Assembly (NCBI GenBank): GCA_958009085.1
Contig: OY253668.1
Location: forward strand, 434,001-498,000
Reading direction: 5' to 3'
Source of the DNA: Protoeuglena noctilucae
Taxonomy: Eukaryota
Length of the DNA: 64,000 bases
Below the pieces are notes generated by a model. That model was not told the DNA's origin. It ran no database searches and saw only the letters and a program-made list of their open reading frames with translations. Below, one piece after another: positions 25,764 to 37,008 of the stretch; the first letter of the stretch is position 1; every line of letters starts with the position of its first letter. The position numbers were made by a program, and so were the translations under genes.

Positions 25764-28700
25764 ATGGTTTCCCGGCGTGTGTTCCTATGCGCCGTCCTTC
25801 TCGGCGTCGTCACGGCGTTCGCCGGGGTCTCCCTGGCTTCCCCTACGGGTGAGCGGGACACCCGTTCAGACTGCACGGCGCAGCCTCGTTCACGCTAGCT
25901 CGGCTCAATCAGGTGGGTCGCCGCCGCCGCAGACGCCGACCATTGGGGTATGAAGCTGGGCATCCCGTCCCGGAGCCTGGCGGGGTGCGATCGGTGTGAC
26001 GACGGCACCTCCTACTGCCCTCCCACCGTCTGCACCGACTGCTGCCAGTTTGGAGTGTACTTCTCCATCAGCCCGACCGCGACCTGCACCCAGGACTGCA
26101 CGGGCATCTCCAAGCCTAGCCCGACTCCCAGCCCAGGTCCCTCGACCCCCGCGGCCTCGACCCCAGCCTCCACCTCGGCACCCACCTCGGCACCCACGCC
26201 CGTGTCCACAGCGTCGCCGACACCGAGTGTGACCCCGGCGGGCAGCCCCGGCGCCACTCCGGCCGCGACCCCCGCCTACGACCCGACGGCCCCGGTCCTG
26301 GGTGACCCAGCGGTCCCAGGCACAGGCACGGCCATCTCCATGGTCACGAGCGTCTACACCGCCTACCTCTCCGTCAACGTGACTCCGGCGGCGGGCGCGA
26401 CGGGGACAGACGCCACCAACGTGTTCGTCTCCTTCGCTCTCTACGATTCCGCAGCCACGTGAGGCCCCATTGCGCTGGCACTTGCACTGGCATTGGTACT
26501 GAGCCCAGTCACGCGTGCCTGAGCTGTCACGGCGTTCGATGCTCAGCTTGCGGTGCTCAGCTCCTGGCCCACGCTGCCCCGTGTTTCTGGCTGGGCAGCG
26601 TGGCTGGTCCCGAGTCCCTGCGAAGCGTCGAAGTCCTCGCTCGCCCCCGTGCTCGCAGCTTCACGGGCTCCAGCGACCCCAGGTACCCTCCCTGGCGGGA
26701 CGTGGTGACCTGTGCCTGCAACGTCGGCACGGGCTTCACCAACGACCAACTCCAACAGGGCACCAACGCCCAGTACCTCATCGGCTGCAACTCCGGTGAG
26801 GTCCAGGACACGGTCCCTTACACCGACACGACCCACTGGGACCAACAGTTCGTCTTCTTCGACGCCACCATGTCCACCAGCACCACGTATCGCTACTGCG
26901 TCGTGCCGCAGGTGATTGGGGTGGAGAGGGATTGACGTCCGGTGTGTGCGCTGTGATGCAGCTTTGACGTGACCTCCGCGCAAACCACGCGCGGCGCGCC
27001 ATGAGCTCGCCCCGCTGCGCCGGCGCCTTGCTCGGGGCTGTGCCTGGCCATACATGCCCCGGGCGCACATGGCGGGGTGACCGCACCCGCTCGCGTCCCT
27101 GCGCAGAATTCCGCCGCTGCTGGCCACTGCATGAACCAGCCATACCAAGGGACGGGCTACATGGTGTGCGGAGATGTGGTGCCTGTGGTCAACACCCCCG
27201 TCCCAACGCCGGCCGCCACCCCCTCGACCACGCCATCTGCGAGCCCTGCCCCCGGATCGACCGCCACTCCGGCCGCCACCCCCACGCCTAGCCCCACCCC
27301 CACGCTGGCCCCGACCCCGACGCCTGGCCCGACCTCTCGGCCCATTGACTCCAACGCCCCGGTCATCACCAACTGGCTGTTTGAGCCGGCCACGGGGGGC
27401 CAGGGCACCAGCGTGTGGCTCAACTTCGACGTCACCCCGGGCGTGGAGGTGTTCGACGGGAAGGTCTGGATATCCTGGACGCTCTCCACGCTTTCGTACG
27501 TCGACCCGGTCACGGGCACCAACGTCGCAGACTACAGCACGATCATCGCGTGCGGGGCCTCGGGCACGCCCCAGGACCCGGCGATCCTCGCGTGCGGCGT
27601 CAGCAGCGGCACCGTCAACGCCCAGTTCCAGTGGAATGAGGCCGTGGTAGCCAACAACCTGACGCCGTACACGACCTACCAGGTCTGCGCCGTCCCGCAG
27701 ACGACGGCTGCCAAGGGGCAGAACGTCCTTTCAGGCACCGGCCACCGCGTGTGCTCTATCGTGACCTCCGGCGCCACCCCCGCGCCCATCGTGGCCCCCA
27801 CGCCCGCGCCCACCACCCCCGCACCCACCCTGTGGGTGGCGCCGACCTCCACGCCCATGCCGACCTACTTCAACATCCCCCTCGCCACCCTCCCAAGCAT
27901 CCCAGCTCCCGGCTCCTCCCCCAGCACCCCGTCCCCGGCGTCCCCACCCCAGGTAAGCCATGGCTTGGGTTAGGTCCATTGCGCGCTGGGATTCGCATCT
28001 CTGCCAAGCGCTGGCCATCACCAGCACGGGCTGCAGAGCGCAGCGGGGAAGGCATCGAGGCCGTTCAACGCAAGCATGTGTCCTCTCATGCGCAGGGCAG
28101 CGGGAGCACGCCAAGGGCCACCCCCGCCCCTCCACCGACGTCGCCGCCACCCCCCATCATCGGTGAGGCCCCCCTCGCTCCGTTGTCGGCCATCTCTAGG
28201 TTTCGATGTGCACACCAGGGCCATGTCACGTAATCGTTGGTACGCTGGGTATCCTCGCCCGCTTGGGCAGTGTGGCGTGCGACCCGCCTGCCCCCGCCTG
28301 CCCCCGCAGTCGACTTCATGCTCACCTTGTCAGACATCGCGTGCCCCGACCCGGGATCGTGCCTGTGGAACGTCGTGATGCGACAGGCCTTCACGGCAGA
28401 CCTCTCCAAGGCCTTTGCGCTCTCTGGGAATGAGTCAGCACTGTCCTGTGCAGAGAACCTGGTGTTCGTGGCGAAGACCGAGTGCCAGATCCTCAACATG
28501 ACCAACTTCATCGCCACGGGCTCCTCCTCCCGCAAGCTCTCCCAGATCACCCCTGGGCCCACGCGAGCCGCCAGCGCCGTGCAGGGTGAGCGTTAGAGCT
28601 TACGCAGCAATGATGCAGTCGTCGCACCTTCGGTGTGAATACGTGATGAGTCCTGCTGCCCACCGCGACGTCTGAACCGTAGCCCAGTCCGGGCACCCCT

Positions 28701-30033
28701 GCGCTGTGTGGCCCATCGTACGACACCCTCCCACCTGCTGTCCCGCAGTACACGCCGCCGTGACTTTGAGCAACGGCACCACCGCCGACCAGGCCCAGCG
28801 CTTCGTCAAGGCCCTGTACGCCATCTGGCAGACACCGGACGTGGTGTTCCCAGATGTCTCGAGCCATGTGGTACTCGACCTGTCCTCCATCCACGCCCCT
28901 GGCCCTTCCCACCGCCCACGCCCGCACCCACCACGGCGCCCACGGTACCAAGCGGCGCTTCCGAGACCCCCACGAGCGTCGCGTCTCCCACGGGAGCCGG
29001 AGGGGCCTCCACCCCACCACCTGCCTCTCCAGACGCCTCGGCCTCGAACGTCACAGAGTCAGGTGCGTCCTGATAGCATCAGCTAGCCCGTCTGCCAGCT
29101 CTACAGCGACTGTTATCCATCGAATTGTGGCCTTGGTCGTCCGGCACACACGCGACCTCCCACCCCTTGGGCCCACCTCACTCGCAGGCACCTCACCAAC
29201 CTCCCGCTTGCCCTCCTGGGCCGCGGCTCTTGCCCGGCGCTCTCGATCGCGGATCGTCGCCATCGCGTGCAGCTGCGTGTTCGGCACCCTCTTCCTCGCC
29301 CTCGTGGTGTCGTGCACGCGCTACGGTCCCCGCGCCATCGCCAGCCGCCTCACCTGCGGCCTGGTCAAGCGCCGGCGCTCTATGGACCTCGAGCACCGCA
29401 CCCGGACGTTCGCCGGGTGCAAGATCGAGTTCATCCGGCAGGAGGAGGACGAGGAGGGCACCGAGGGGCAGCCGGTGCTGACCTTCCCGGGCACGCACGA
29501 GGTGCTGCCGGTGACGCTGGAGAGAGAGGCGGGATCGGACGGGGACGCGGTGATGATCGCGGAGCTCGAGAACGGGCAGAGGCTCGTGGTGGGGGCGGAC
29601 TGGCGCATCGTGGGGCCCTGGGTGCCTGCCGGGAGTCTGGCGTCCACACTGGCAGGGACGGGCGCACCACTCGTCCGGGCCAACAAGTCGGACGCGTTCT
29701 CGCAGCAGGACTTCGGGGACGTGCTGGCGGAGGTGAGGACAGTGGCAGTGACGTAGCAGCGCGTGCTTTCATGCATGCATGATGCCATGGCAGGTGGCTT
29801 GCACGGTGGGCACGTGTGTGGTTCATGAGATTGTTACGCGTCGCTGCGCCCGTCGCCCGCAGATGATCGACAGCCACAAGTCGGCCAAGCCCCCCAGCAC
29901 CGACGGCACCAGCCGCAGGAACAGCGAGTCCGGGGCAACCACGGTGTCGGGGGCGTACAACGCGCTCGCCAGCACCGTCAACAAGTCGTTCCGTGCGCTG
30001 TGGCGCAGCAACGACTCGACGAGATCCGAGTGA
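25764..30033 (+). CDS. Type I membrane / cell-surface Pro-Thr-rich glycoprotein with Cys-rich, duplicated beta-rich and SEA-like domains (apparent frameshift at ~28908-28910)
   Basis: Signal peptide MVSRRVFLCAVLLGVVTAFAG, Cys-rich N-domain, PT/PA-rich linkers, TM IVAIACSCVFGTLFLALVVSC, and a cytosolic tail ending in TGA at 30031-30033. Confidence 0.75.
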
Positions 30034-30345
30034 GCGAGCCCACGCCCTCGCGCGCGTTTCAAACAAACGCGGTGCGAGTCGCCCTCGTCAGCCAGCATTC
30101 GGCAATCGCTTGGCGGGTGGCCCTGGCGCACGCTCGTCGCTCGCCGCCCTGCAATGCGGGCCAATGCAATTCCTTTCGGTTCATGTCTGCGTCCCGTTAC
30201 TCGTCCTACTCCTCGGGTGGCTCTGAGGGTGCCTGCAGGCGCGAGTGCGTGGGTGGATGATTGATCGCCTTGTGCACCCGGTCTGCGCCCTCTCTTCCCG
30301 CACCACTCCGTAGGGCATAGCGGGTTGCAGCCCCCCCAGCGTCAC

Positions 30346-31929
30346 CTATGGCAGGTCCTTTTCATGCTTGCGGGTGTACGCTTCCCAGTTCTTGTGTTTC
30401 AGGCCGTCAAAGGTATCGAGCTTGGCTATGAGAATGAGGTAGTCCTTGATCCGCAGCAGCTGCGGGCATAGCAACATTGAAACGTTTCGTTTTCTTCGAT
30501 TGTCGTAAGTTGACACGGTGGCCCACCGTGAAACCGGGACAAGTGCCAATGCGCTTGCCACGACAGCCACGGAGGGAACCCGGTGCTCCTGGTCCCGTGT
30601 TACCGCCGCACCTCGTTGTCACCGCCGCCCGTGCCCCGTGCGTGCTTGAAGGGTTTGATCTTCAGGCCCTGGCGGGGGTTGGCGACGAAGTTGCGCCCCA
30701 GATCGTCGATCATAATCGTGTTGTGCTCGTTGTAGGCCTCAGGGAACTTGGCCCACAGCACCTGCAGCGTCGAGACGGTGGAATGGTCACCAGTTGGCGC
30801 TCCATGTCCTCTCGTGGAGCCCCACCCTCGCGAACACCAGCCTCGCCAGTGACAGTCCGCTCGCCTGCAGCGGCTTGCAGTTGAACGTCCCGTACTTTTC
30901 GGTCGTCACCGTGACCATGGACAGTCCATCCATCAGCGCCGTGACCTTGTAGCGGTCATGGCCCAGCAGCCCCAGCTGCCCCAGCTGCGGCATGAGCGAT
31001 GGCAGCCTCATAAGCGAGAGCATGGGCAAAGGCCGCATCAGGAGCACGACAAGCGGGGCAGTGGTGCCGACGCAGGCCCGCGTGTTGCAGCCGCGGCGCC
31101 CCGCCCTCACACCTTGCCCTCGACCCACTTCATCGACGTGGCGCTCCACACCACCAGGTCGTAAGACTCGTACGCAGACTCCAGAAACTCGTGCAGGTAC
31201 GGCCGCGCCTTCTCGCCCGCGTGCTCCCCCGGCGTCCCGAGGTCGAAGAGCGTATAGTCGATGTCCAGGACCAGGCAGCGCTTCCCAGGCCGAGGGGGCT
31301 GCAGCACGATGATGGGCGCCTTGCCGATGCGTCGCTGAAGCTTCTCCTGGAACACAGGGTCCTCCCACACGTTCAGCTCGCCCACAGCTTCGGGGACGTC
31401 GAAGTCATTCTCCACCTCGGGCGCTTGCTGCAGGCAGGGCAGGGAGGGCTTGCGACAAGGGAGGGGTCGCCCGTCAAAGTGAGCAAGGCTCCCCGCCCAT
31501 GCGCTTGCTGATGGCATGCGTGTGTGCGATCGCCGACTCTCGTCCCCTCTCACCTGCGCGAGCTGCTCCATTTGCTGGATGACCGCCTTTTCCGTCCCCA
31601 CGAGCATGAGCTTTTTCACCTCGAGTTCCCGCAGCGGCTCGTCGTCCGTCGGCTGGCCAGGGCGCCCCTTCCGCTTCAGACCGATGAGCTTCCTAGGCAC
31701 AGCGAGGAGCCAAATCGTCATTCATAGAGGAGGACGGCTGTGTGGGGGCGAAGCACACGCTCTGCACCTACCCTTGCACGCTTGTCTGCTGCTCGATGCG
31801 TCGCTTCAGGTCGGCTGCGGTGTCGCTGCCATCACACACAATCGTAATGTCTTTGCCATTCCATCGTACGACGATGCTGTGGCCCGGTGCGGGCGTCCCG
31901 CTCCCCGACGTCGAGGGCTCCCCCTCCAT
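30346..31929 (-). CDS. UBLCP1: Ubiquitin-like domain-containing CTD phosphatase 1
   Basis: UBL domain (IVVRWNGKD...KLIGLK...KLMLVGT). FCP/HAD motif LVLDIDYTLFD, RPYLHEFL, VVWSATSMKWVE, CKPL, TIMIDDLGRNF. Confidence 0.93.
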
Positions 31930-32178
31930 CGCGCGAAGTGATCACCAGAGCGTCGTCAGCTCGCAGTGCAGGATACCAGTCACATGGCACGAAGCAGCCG
32001 CACAGCTGCATGGTCGAGAACAAGCGCACAGTTAAGACTGTCGCCAGCGGCGTCGTCAGAGAAGCATGCCCGAAAGCAGCCTAAAACGCAAGCCCGATGC
32101 GGGTCAAGTTTGAGGTTCCCTGACTCTGTTCGTAGCGATAACGGGCCCGTCCTCTGGGCATTGATCCCGCAGCACAAG

Positions 32179-32832
32179 ATGGCGCAGCCTTCGCGCATCC
32201 CCGACGTCTCCCCGGAGGAGCTGGCGTTTGAGAACAAGCCTTCTGTGTGGGATATGGCGGTGAGTGGCTTACTGGTTGTTGTGGACCGCGCGTTTGGGAG
32301 CGCCGGCGCCCGGGAATACAGACGGTCGGGGGGCGCTGCGCCTCTACCGCGGGTCTCTTCCAGCGAGACACGCGTCGGGTTTGTCAGTTATCCATGATAT
32401 CTGTACGCCGGCTCGATGTGCCTGCTTGCTCGTGGCGCGAGTTCGCAGAAAGGCGAGGAAATCCCAGAGGATGCCTGGGAGTACCACTCGCGGAAGGCCA
32501 AGAACGATGCGGTCTACAGGGGCCTTCAGGTGCGGCCTGCGATGCCTCGCATGCGACTGCAGACCCGCCAGGCTCGGAGATGGCGCGTATGGGCACGGGT
32601 TAGTGACGACCGAAGTGTGGTGAAGTTCAGGCTTCCAAGCCGACACCACTGCACGGCTGCCATGTTTTGATGCCAATGGTGTCAAACCCAGACTCGCCAG
32701 CACGGCTGGGGAGGATCCAGGGCACGTGGTGTTCCCCCCATGCAGTTCGTTCCCTATTGCACCACAATGCCGGTGACGAAGGGGACGGAGTGCGTCAAGT
32801 GGATGTGGGAGAAGAAGGGGACGAAGCACTGA
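32179..32832 (+). CDS. Small 82-aa hypothetical protein (3 exons)
   Basis: MAQPSRIPDVSPEELAFENKPSVWDMA | KGEEIPEDAWEYHSRKAKNDAVYRGLQ | FVPYCTTMPVTKGTECVKWMWEKKGTKH*. Two phase-0 GT-AG introns and coding-like codon usage. Confidence 0.55.
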
Positions 32833-33023
32833 GTCGGGAGCGCTGCTCACTGCGTCGCTCGGCCAGCGTGCTGCACCCTGGCGTTTCGGTCCTGCCATCC
32901 TGGCTTGAAGTGCCGCTTGTATTGAATGTTATTGCCTGATTGTTGACGATAACCTGTGTTGCGTCGAGGCCGTGGGTCACGCTCTTCGCACAGGCCATCA
33001 AAACCACTGCAGCGCCCTGCCTG

Positions 33024-34148
33024 ATGCGCCCTCTGGCCCGGCTGGGCCCGGGGCTGGCGTATGCGACGCGGGCCACTGCTCACTGTCGTCGAACATGCGT
33101 GACGGGGGCAATTAAAGTGAAGGTTTGCGGCGTCACGAACGCGGGGGATGCGGACGTGGCCGCTGGGGAGGGCGCTGACTTCGTCGGCATGATTTTGTGG
33201 CCAAAGGCGCCGCGCAGTGTCAGCGACGAGACAGCAAAAGCGATCGCCGGAGCGGCGGCGAAGCACGGGGTGCAGGCGGTGGGTGAGTGTCTCGGAACGC
33301 TTGCGAGGGGGCATGAGCCACATGAACGCGATGGCCAAGCATTCCATGCCCTGCGCATACGCACGCATTCAGGTGTTTTTGTGGATGAGGACGCGGCGAC
33401 GATAACTCGACGCTGTCGGGCATTGGGCGTCGCATTTGTGCAGGTGACGGCAGCGCCTGGCCATGCCATCCATCTGGGCGTGACAACGAGCCATGCGTCT
33501 CACACACAAGCTCCACAGCTTGCTTAATGCTAAGACGCACTAGTAGAACCCTTCCCTCTCTACAGCTGCATGGCGACAAGGCACGGAAGGCTCTCTTCGA
33601 CCTTCCACCGGACATCAAGGTCATATACGTGGTCCACGCGCAGCCTGACGGGGAGGTCGTCACGCCTTGGCCCAACGAGCTGGCCCAGCAGCTTGGTAGG
33701 GAGCCAAGGGCCGTGGATTGGGTGCTGGTGGACAGCTTGAAGGTGTGGCGACGCGCTTGACAGGACTCGCGTGACTAGAGCGGTGCCCTGACTTTGGCGC
33801 AAAGGCGGAAGCCGCCTCCACCCTCGCAGGGGGGCTCGGGCGTCGCCTTCGACTGGAGGCGTGTGCGCGTGGACAGCGGGATTGCGCGGGAAGGATGGCT
33901 GCTTGCGGGGGGCCTGAATTCCCACAACGTGGCAGAGGCAGTCGTTCTCGCGCGGTGAGCCGCGTGCTGCCTGGGGGTGCTGGTGCATGCTGCGCAGTGT
34001 GAGCCAACATGCGGCGACGATTCGGCGATGCTTGCGCAGGCCGTCGGGCGTGGACGTTTCAAGTGGCGTGTGCGGACCGGACAAGCTGCGAAAGGACCAC
34101 GAGAGCGTCAGGAATTACGTACGCAACGCCAGAGCCGCGCTGTCCTGA
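33024..34148 (+). CDS. PAI: Phosphoribosylanthranilate isomerase (TrpF), probable plastid transit peptide
   Basis: VKVCGVT, ADFVGMILWPKAPRSVS, GVFVDE, QLHG, LVDS..GGSGVAFDW, LLAGGL, GVDVSSGV. Confidence 0.95.
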
Positions 34149-34179
34149 TCACTCCTGCTCATCCTGAACCCAGCTGCAT

Positions 34180-34184
34180 TGTAA
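34180..34184 (+). promoter_or_regulatory. Chlorophyte-type polyadenylation signal TGTAA (PAI)
   Basis: TGTAA about 30 nt after the PAI stop codon. Confidence 0.55.
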
Positions 34185-34281
34185 AACAGTCGGGCTGTGC
34201 CTATTGTATGCGAAGCGCGCTCTCAGTAGCTGTGAAACGGGTGGCGTGGCGTCTTCTGAGACACGTGGTCGGTGTGCAGCC

Positions 34282-36979
34282 ATGAAGTGGACGCCCGGCC
34301 GGGCGTTCTCGGAAGCATGCGTGGTGGTGCTAGATGTCACCCATAAGCCGGTGATTGGGAGTGGATGGGAGGCCTTCGCGGCGCTCTTCATGTCGCGGCT
34401 CGCGACGACCTTCAACATCACCCGACAAGAGTGGTCCGCCCCTAACGACCCCATTGCCCTCGTTCGTATGGGCACGAACGGCACGAGTAACTCGCTACAC
34501 GCGATGTTCAAGGACGAGGACGGGCCTGGCCAATACCTTCACCTGACGGAAGGTAGGAGCCACGCGGAGGCCACGATGCCGCGATTACTGTGGCGCTTGC
34601 ATGCCTATGGGAGCCAGTCGTGCAGCTGGTGGTTCCGTTTGCCTGAGGAGACGCGAGCAGGGGTCAGCGTCGCCCAGCGCAGACCTCCCGCTGGATGTGC
34701 ACGACGAGAGGACGCTGGACTTGTCCCAGCCTCCGCCAGGTGCGTGCATAGCTTTGTCGCCTTCGCGGCTTGCGAGGCACGCGGTGCGCCCTGCGCGCTT
34801 GGGAAGCCTTGCCTGCGTCTCGGGGACGTGCCGCGGGCCGGCAGACGACCTTCGCCGCGAAACCACTTGCAACTCCACAGTTGCAGAAGAGCGTGGCACG
34901 GCTGACATCCTGGATGCCCTCGCTCTCGCTTGCCACATCCTGGGCGCCAAGAAGGAGATGCAAGGCAACATAGGTCGCCGCATCGTCCTCATCTCGCCGC
35001 TGCTGGGGAACTTTGCAGAGGATGAAGACAATGAGGCGACCAAGGTGATGCACCTAGTGTTTTATCGGCTGCAGCCCGCGCCTGGTGCACGTCTCAGCTC
35101 ACGTGACCGGCGTGTGACTTCATCGGTGCAGGCGATACAAACCGTGATGGCAGAGATGGGTGCGCGACTCGACGTCATCCACCTCGCCACCGATGGCCAC
35201 GATAGCAACGTCGCCGTCCAGCGGAACCGGGAGAAGGCACGGCTGCTAGTTATTGCATGCAGTGCAGTGTGCGTTACGTGCTTTGGGTACCACACCTGCA
35301 CGCTCTGTTCTCGCAGCTCCAGGAGATCTTTGCCGGGCACGGCAGAGGTGCCCCTCCCGTGCACGGCCGGATACGCGTCTGCCGGGACCCGCCGTCGGTG
35401 CGTGCAGTGGGGCTGCGTTGCACTGCTACGGGCTTGGTGCAGACACGCCCCGGACCCTTGCCACGGTCCTTTGCGGCCGCCGCCGCGTCAATTCTTAAGC
35501 CTTTGCCCTGCAGACCGTGGCAGCCGCACTGCCGGAGATTGTCAAGCCGCCAGCGGGCCAGAAGAACGGCGTGCTGTGGGTGGGGAGGAGCGCATCCGTG
35601 GAGGTGCAGATATGGAAGGCTCACGCGACACCCAACATGCTGTCTCCCAAGATGGAGGCAGTGGGGGCGGCCGGGCCGTCGGGGGCGGGCTCTGCGGACC
35701 GCCTGGTGGATCGCCAGACGATTTACGTGGTGGAGTCTGCAGAGGGAGAGGCCCCGCAGGAGGTCATGCCGGAGGACAGGCGCAAGTCGTACCGCTTCGG
35801 GGGCGACCTCGTACCCCTGTCGTCTGTGAGAGGCGCGCAGCTGGGGGTCAGCACCCCGGTGGCGCGGGTGCGGGGCTGGCGCCGTGATGAGAACCCATGC
35901 CCTGTTCCCCGTTGCAGGCGGTGGAGAGGATGCTCAAGTTCGACCCGCAGGATGCTCCGGGAGACTCTGGTACCCAGGTATGTGCCTAGCAGCCAGCGTC
36001 TTGCCCGACGCGAGGTGTCGGATCAACGTCGATTGGGCGATCCATGATGTGTGTCCCCGCCTGTGCGTGCAGAGCCTGCAGCTTCTGGGGTTCGTGCCCT
36101 CGCGTTGCGTGGCCCCGTGGACCACCAGGGCCCCACCGAGCGTCGTGGCGCCGCGCAAGCACGGTGCGGCGGCGTGCACGGCGCTGTCGGCCCTGAGTCG
36201 GGCCATGCGTGCCAGGGACCAGGTGGCCATCGTCCGGCACCTCAACCGCACAACGCACAGCCTCGCCGTCTGCGCTCTCGTGCCGCACCCAGAGCGCGAC
36301 CACTTCCTGGTCCTGAAGCCGCAGGCGAGTGTGGAGTGGGTCAACACGTGCGTGCCAGATGGCATGCCCGGAGCCAGTGCCAGCCTCCCCTGGTCTCGCA
36401 GCCGCATCTTCCAGTTGCTTCACACGTTCCCCTGGTACCACAATGAGGCTCTGCCCACAGCGCTCTGCCCTGGGTCACCCATCCCACCTCCGCTCTGCCC
36501 GCAGCTGTTCGCCGAGGACCACCGGGGCTATCTCTTCCCTTCCTTCGCGTCCCTGCCCGAGGTGCACAAGCCGACCAAGTCCGACCTGGAAACAGCGGAT
36601 GCCCTCATCGGGGACATGACATGGCCCCGCGGCCAGACGCTCTCCTCCCGGTTCCCTAACCCCGCGGTGCGTGGAGCCGCCGGCCTGCTAACCAGGCCAC
36701 GCATCGTGCCGCGCAAAGACTCTTCCCTTCCACATGGCTGTTAGATCGCAAAAGGGTCGGGGGACTGGCGCGTCACTAGCGTGTCACTGGGATGCATGAC
36801 GCGCCCCTCGCTCCCCGCCACTGCAGCGTCACCGCGAGCTGAAGCTCGCCCACCGCGCATCGCTCGGGCAGGGCCCGCCGGCGTGGGAGGAGGAGGCACT
36901 GACGCGGGCGATCCGGGAGATGGGCGGGGACGCGCAGTCAGCAGGCGCACGGCAGGCCTGGCGCGAACTGTTCGCTTAG
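34282..36979 (+). CDS. KU80: Ku80 (XRCC5)-like NHEJ DNA end-binding protein, lacking C-terminal domain
   Basis: vWA domain (CVVVLDV, IALVRMGT, ADILDALALA, RRIVLIS), beta-barrel (KSYRFGGDLVP, LQLLGFVP, ALSALSRAM...VAIVR), LFAEDHRGYLFPSF and FPNP. Ends WRELFA-TAG. Confidence 0.85.
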
Positions 36980-37008
36980 CTCACTACTACTCTATGCGCC
37001 TATCCCTC

